NCBI RefSeq assembly: GCF_006345805.1
Contig: NW_021827937.1
Coordinates: forward strand, 1-8,986
Length of the DNA stretch: 8,986 bases
Direction of reading: 5' to 3'
DNA from: Octopus sinensis
Taxonomy: Eukaryota
Shown here: piece after piece, positions 7,431 through 8,986 of the stretch
Layout of the letters: each line of letters opens with the position of its first letter
How positions within the stretch are numbered: the first letter of the stretch is position 1
Made by a program: the position numbers and the translations under genes
Notes under the pieces: model-generated
What the model saw: the letters and a program-made list of their open reading frames with translations, nothing else
Databases searched by the model: none
Told to the model about the DNA's origin: nothing

Positions 7431-7492
7431 ATATGTATATATATATAAACATACATATATGTGTGTGTGAGTATGTGTGTGTATATATACAT
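7262..7492. repeat. Compound (ATAC)/(AC)/(AT)/(GT) microsatellite
   Basis: Seen directly. It explains ORFs 7145-7544. Confidence 0.95.
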
Positions 7493-7565
7493 GTCTAGGT
7501 TTTATAACACCCCCAGTAATATATGTATGCATGTATGTACACACACATATAGTTAGATAAGTAGG

Positions 7566-7637
<72 letters not shown>
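7566..7637. repeat. Perfect (TAGA)18
   Basis: Counted directly. Confidence 0.97.
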
Positions 7638-7639
<2 letters not shown>

Positions 7640-7731
7640 TGTCTGTGTTTGTGCGTACTTCTATATGTCACCACTTTCTTCATCGTTAATAATAAGAAAG
7701 TTTTCTGGAAATCTGATTGTTATTGTTGTTG

Positions 7732-7791
7732 TTCTTCTTCTTTTCCTTCTTCTTCTTCTTCTTCTTCTTCTTCTTCTTCTTCTTCTTCTTC
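7732..7791. repeat. (TTC)n, perfect (TTC)15 at 7747-7791
   Basis: Counted directly. Confidence 0.97.
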
Positions 7792-8221
7792 TTTTACCTC
7801 TCACTTCTACCACAGTCCCCTGCTCACCCTCCTACTCCACCGCCTTCTCCTTCCACAGCTCTACTTCCACTCCAAATTGCATCACATATATATTTTGAAT
7901 AGATTTTGTTTCCTGCTGCCCCCTTTTCATGTAAACTACATTAAACAGCTGATCCCTTGGGACAATCTGGTGACCCCTTTCAGATAAATTGAAGGGGTGG
8001 AGTTGAATATTACCAAGAAACGATATCAAGATGGTGGTATCTATTATGGTAAGTAGAAACGAATTAGTTCAATCCATCGACATGATATTTACATACATAC
8101 AAATATGTATACAAATATGCGTGTGTGTGGTGTGTGTGCGTGTATTACGTAAGGTTATATACGTGTATATACGTACATATTCATCTGAATCTAAGTTTTT
8201 ACTGAACTCATATTAATATAG

Positions 8222-8252
<31 letters not shown>

Positions 8253-8253
<1 letters not shown>

Positions 8254-8450
8254 AAATCAAAATAAGCAACAGGCTATCAAGAAGTGATGCAGTACGACCG
8301 TTTCAAGCAGGTCCTTTTAATTGAACAATGCAATCATTACATCATTTAAATGCAGGGCTATCATTTTTCATCATCTTGAATTTTATCTTCTTTGTAAACA
8401 ATCATCCATAGTAACCCACGATAAAATTACCTCTGTATTAACATCATAGG
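8253..8450 (-). repeat. Interspersed repeat fragment, possibly a PLE terminal repeat
   Basis: AGCAACAGGCTATCAAGAAGTGATGCAGTACGACCGTTTCAAGCAG resembles a recalled Octopus repeat. The minus strand has GAAACGGTCGTAC. Family assignment is inference. Confidence 0.45.
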
Positions 8451-8485
8451 TTTATTTAGCGTCTTCCCCCCTGTGTGTTGTGTTA

Positions 8486-8592
8486 GTATATATATATATA
8501 TACTTATATATGTATGTATATATATATAGTATCTATATATATATATATATATTATACACACACACACACACGCACGCACGCACATACATATA
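8486..8592. repeat. Compound (AT)/(AC) microsatellite
   Basis: Seen directly. Confidence 0.95.
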
Positions 8593-8639
8593 TGAGTAAA
8601 TGTAACGACAAGTAAGTTAAACAAGTCGATTATTAAATA

Positions 8640-8986
8640 CATTTGATAGAAAAAATATACTTATGAATGGATAAAGTAGTCTGAATTATAGAATATAAAA
8701 GATATCAGGAGTTAAATAGGTAGAGTTTTGCGAGTCCAAGAGCTGCTTCTGGAATAATGATGATTACTTGGATCCATTATCGGACAACACCGCCTCCCTC
8801 TTCAGGAGAGAGTTTTACATTGGAGAATTTTACATTTGAGGTATTGACAGGATAGAGTTTGAAGATGGATTGATTTTGTGAAGTGAGTGTGTTAGGAAGG
8901 GAAGTTGGGGGCGTTTAGAGAGAGGGTAGTGGGAAGAGAAAATAGATTTCAGGTTTGGGGTCAATACTGATAGTAGTAGAGGCCGG
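8640..8986 (-). mobile_element. Probable Penelope-like element 3' terminal fragment, running off the window
   Basis: The minus strand reads as a C-rich degenerate frame ending ...SNVKFSNVKLSPEEGGGVVR*, containing CCTGAAGAG (CTGAAGA at 8805-8799), the motif typical of PLE pseudo-LTRs. Resembles a recalled Octopus repeat. No RT or endonuclease motif is visible. Confidence 0.5.

Noticed and set aside
7984-8054. Candidate 65 nt exon (TTTCAG...ATG/GTAAGT) with a small hairpin at 7973-7998
   Set aside because: There are stops in all three frames soon after the acceptor. A non-coding or UTR exon cannot be excluded but is unsupported.
8899-8933. G-quadruplex candidate GGG-N5-GGGGG-N12-GGG-N4-GGG
   Set aside because: One loop is long, and it lies in the purine-rich antisense strand of a repeat fragment with no functional context.
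1-8986. CRISPR array or prokaryotic system
   Set aside because: There are no spacer-separated direct repeats or operon-like ORFs; the repeat content is eukaryotic.

Overview
AT-rich, microsatellite-dense eukaryotic non-genic DNA (intergenic or intronic). The repeat families look like those I remember from Octopus genomes; this is recall, not a database search. I can support no intact host gene, and most ORFs in the track are simple-repeat artefacts. The window is a patchwork of mobile elements: two different mariner relics fused tail-to-tail (441-1554); a ~250 bp TIR-bounded MITE (2599-2849); a decayed Penelope-like element (PLE) ORF with GIY-YIG motifs on the minus strand (~3545-4320) that the ORF track misses; three tRNA-derived SINEs plus a decayed SINE head; a ~110 bp inverted repeat pair enclosing ~1.2 kb; and a probable PLE terminus at the right edge. 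The most interesting signal is a set of type I hammerhead-ribozyme-like folds of the PLE kind. The two clearest are a stand-alone fold at 3328-3422 and one forming the 3' part of a tRNA-headed SINE at 6133-6178, which suggests a Pol III SINE borrowing a PLE hammerhead terminus. Both have catalytic-core mutations in these copies.
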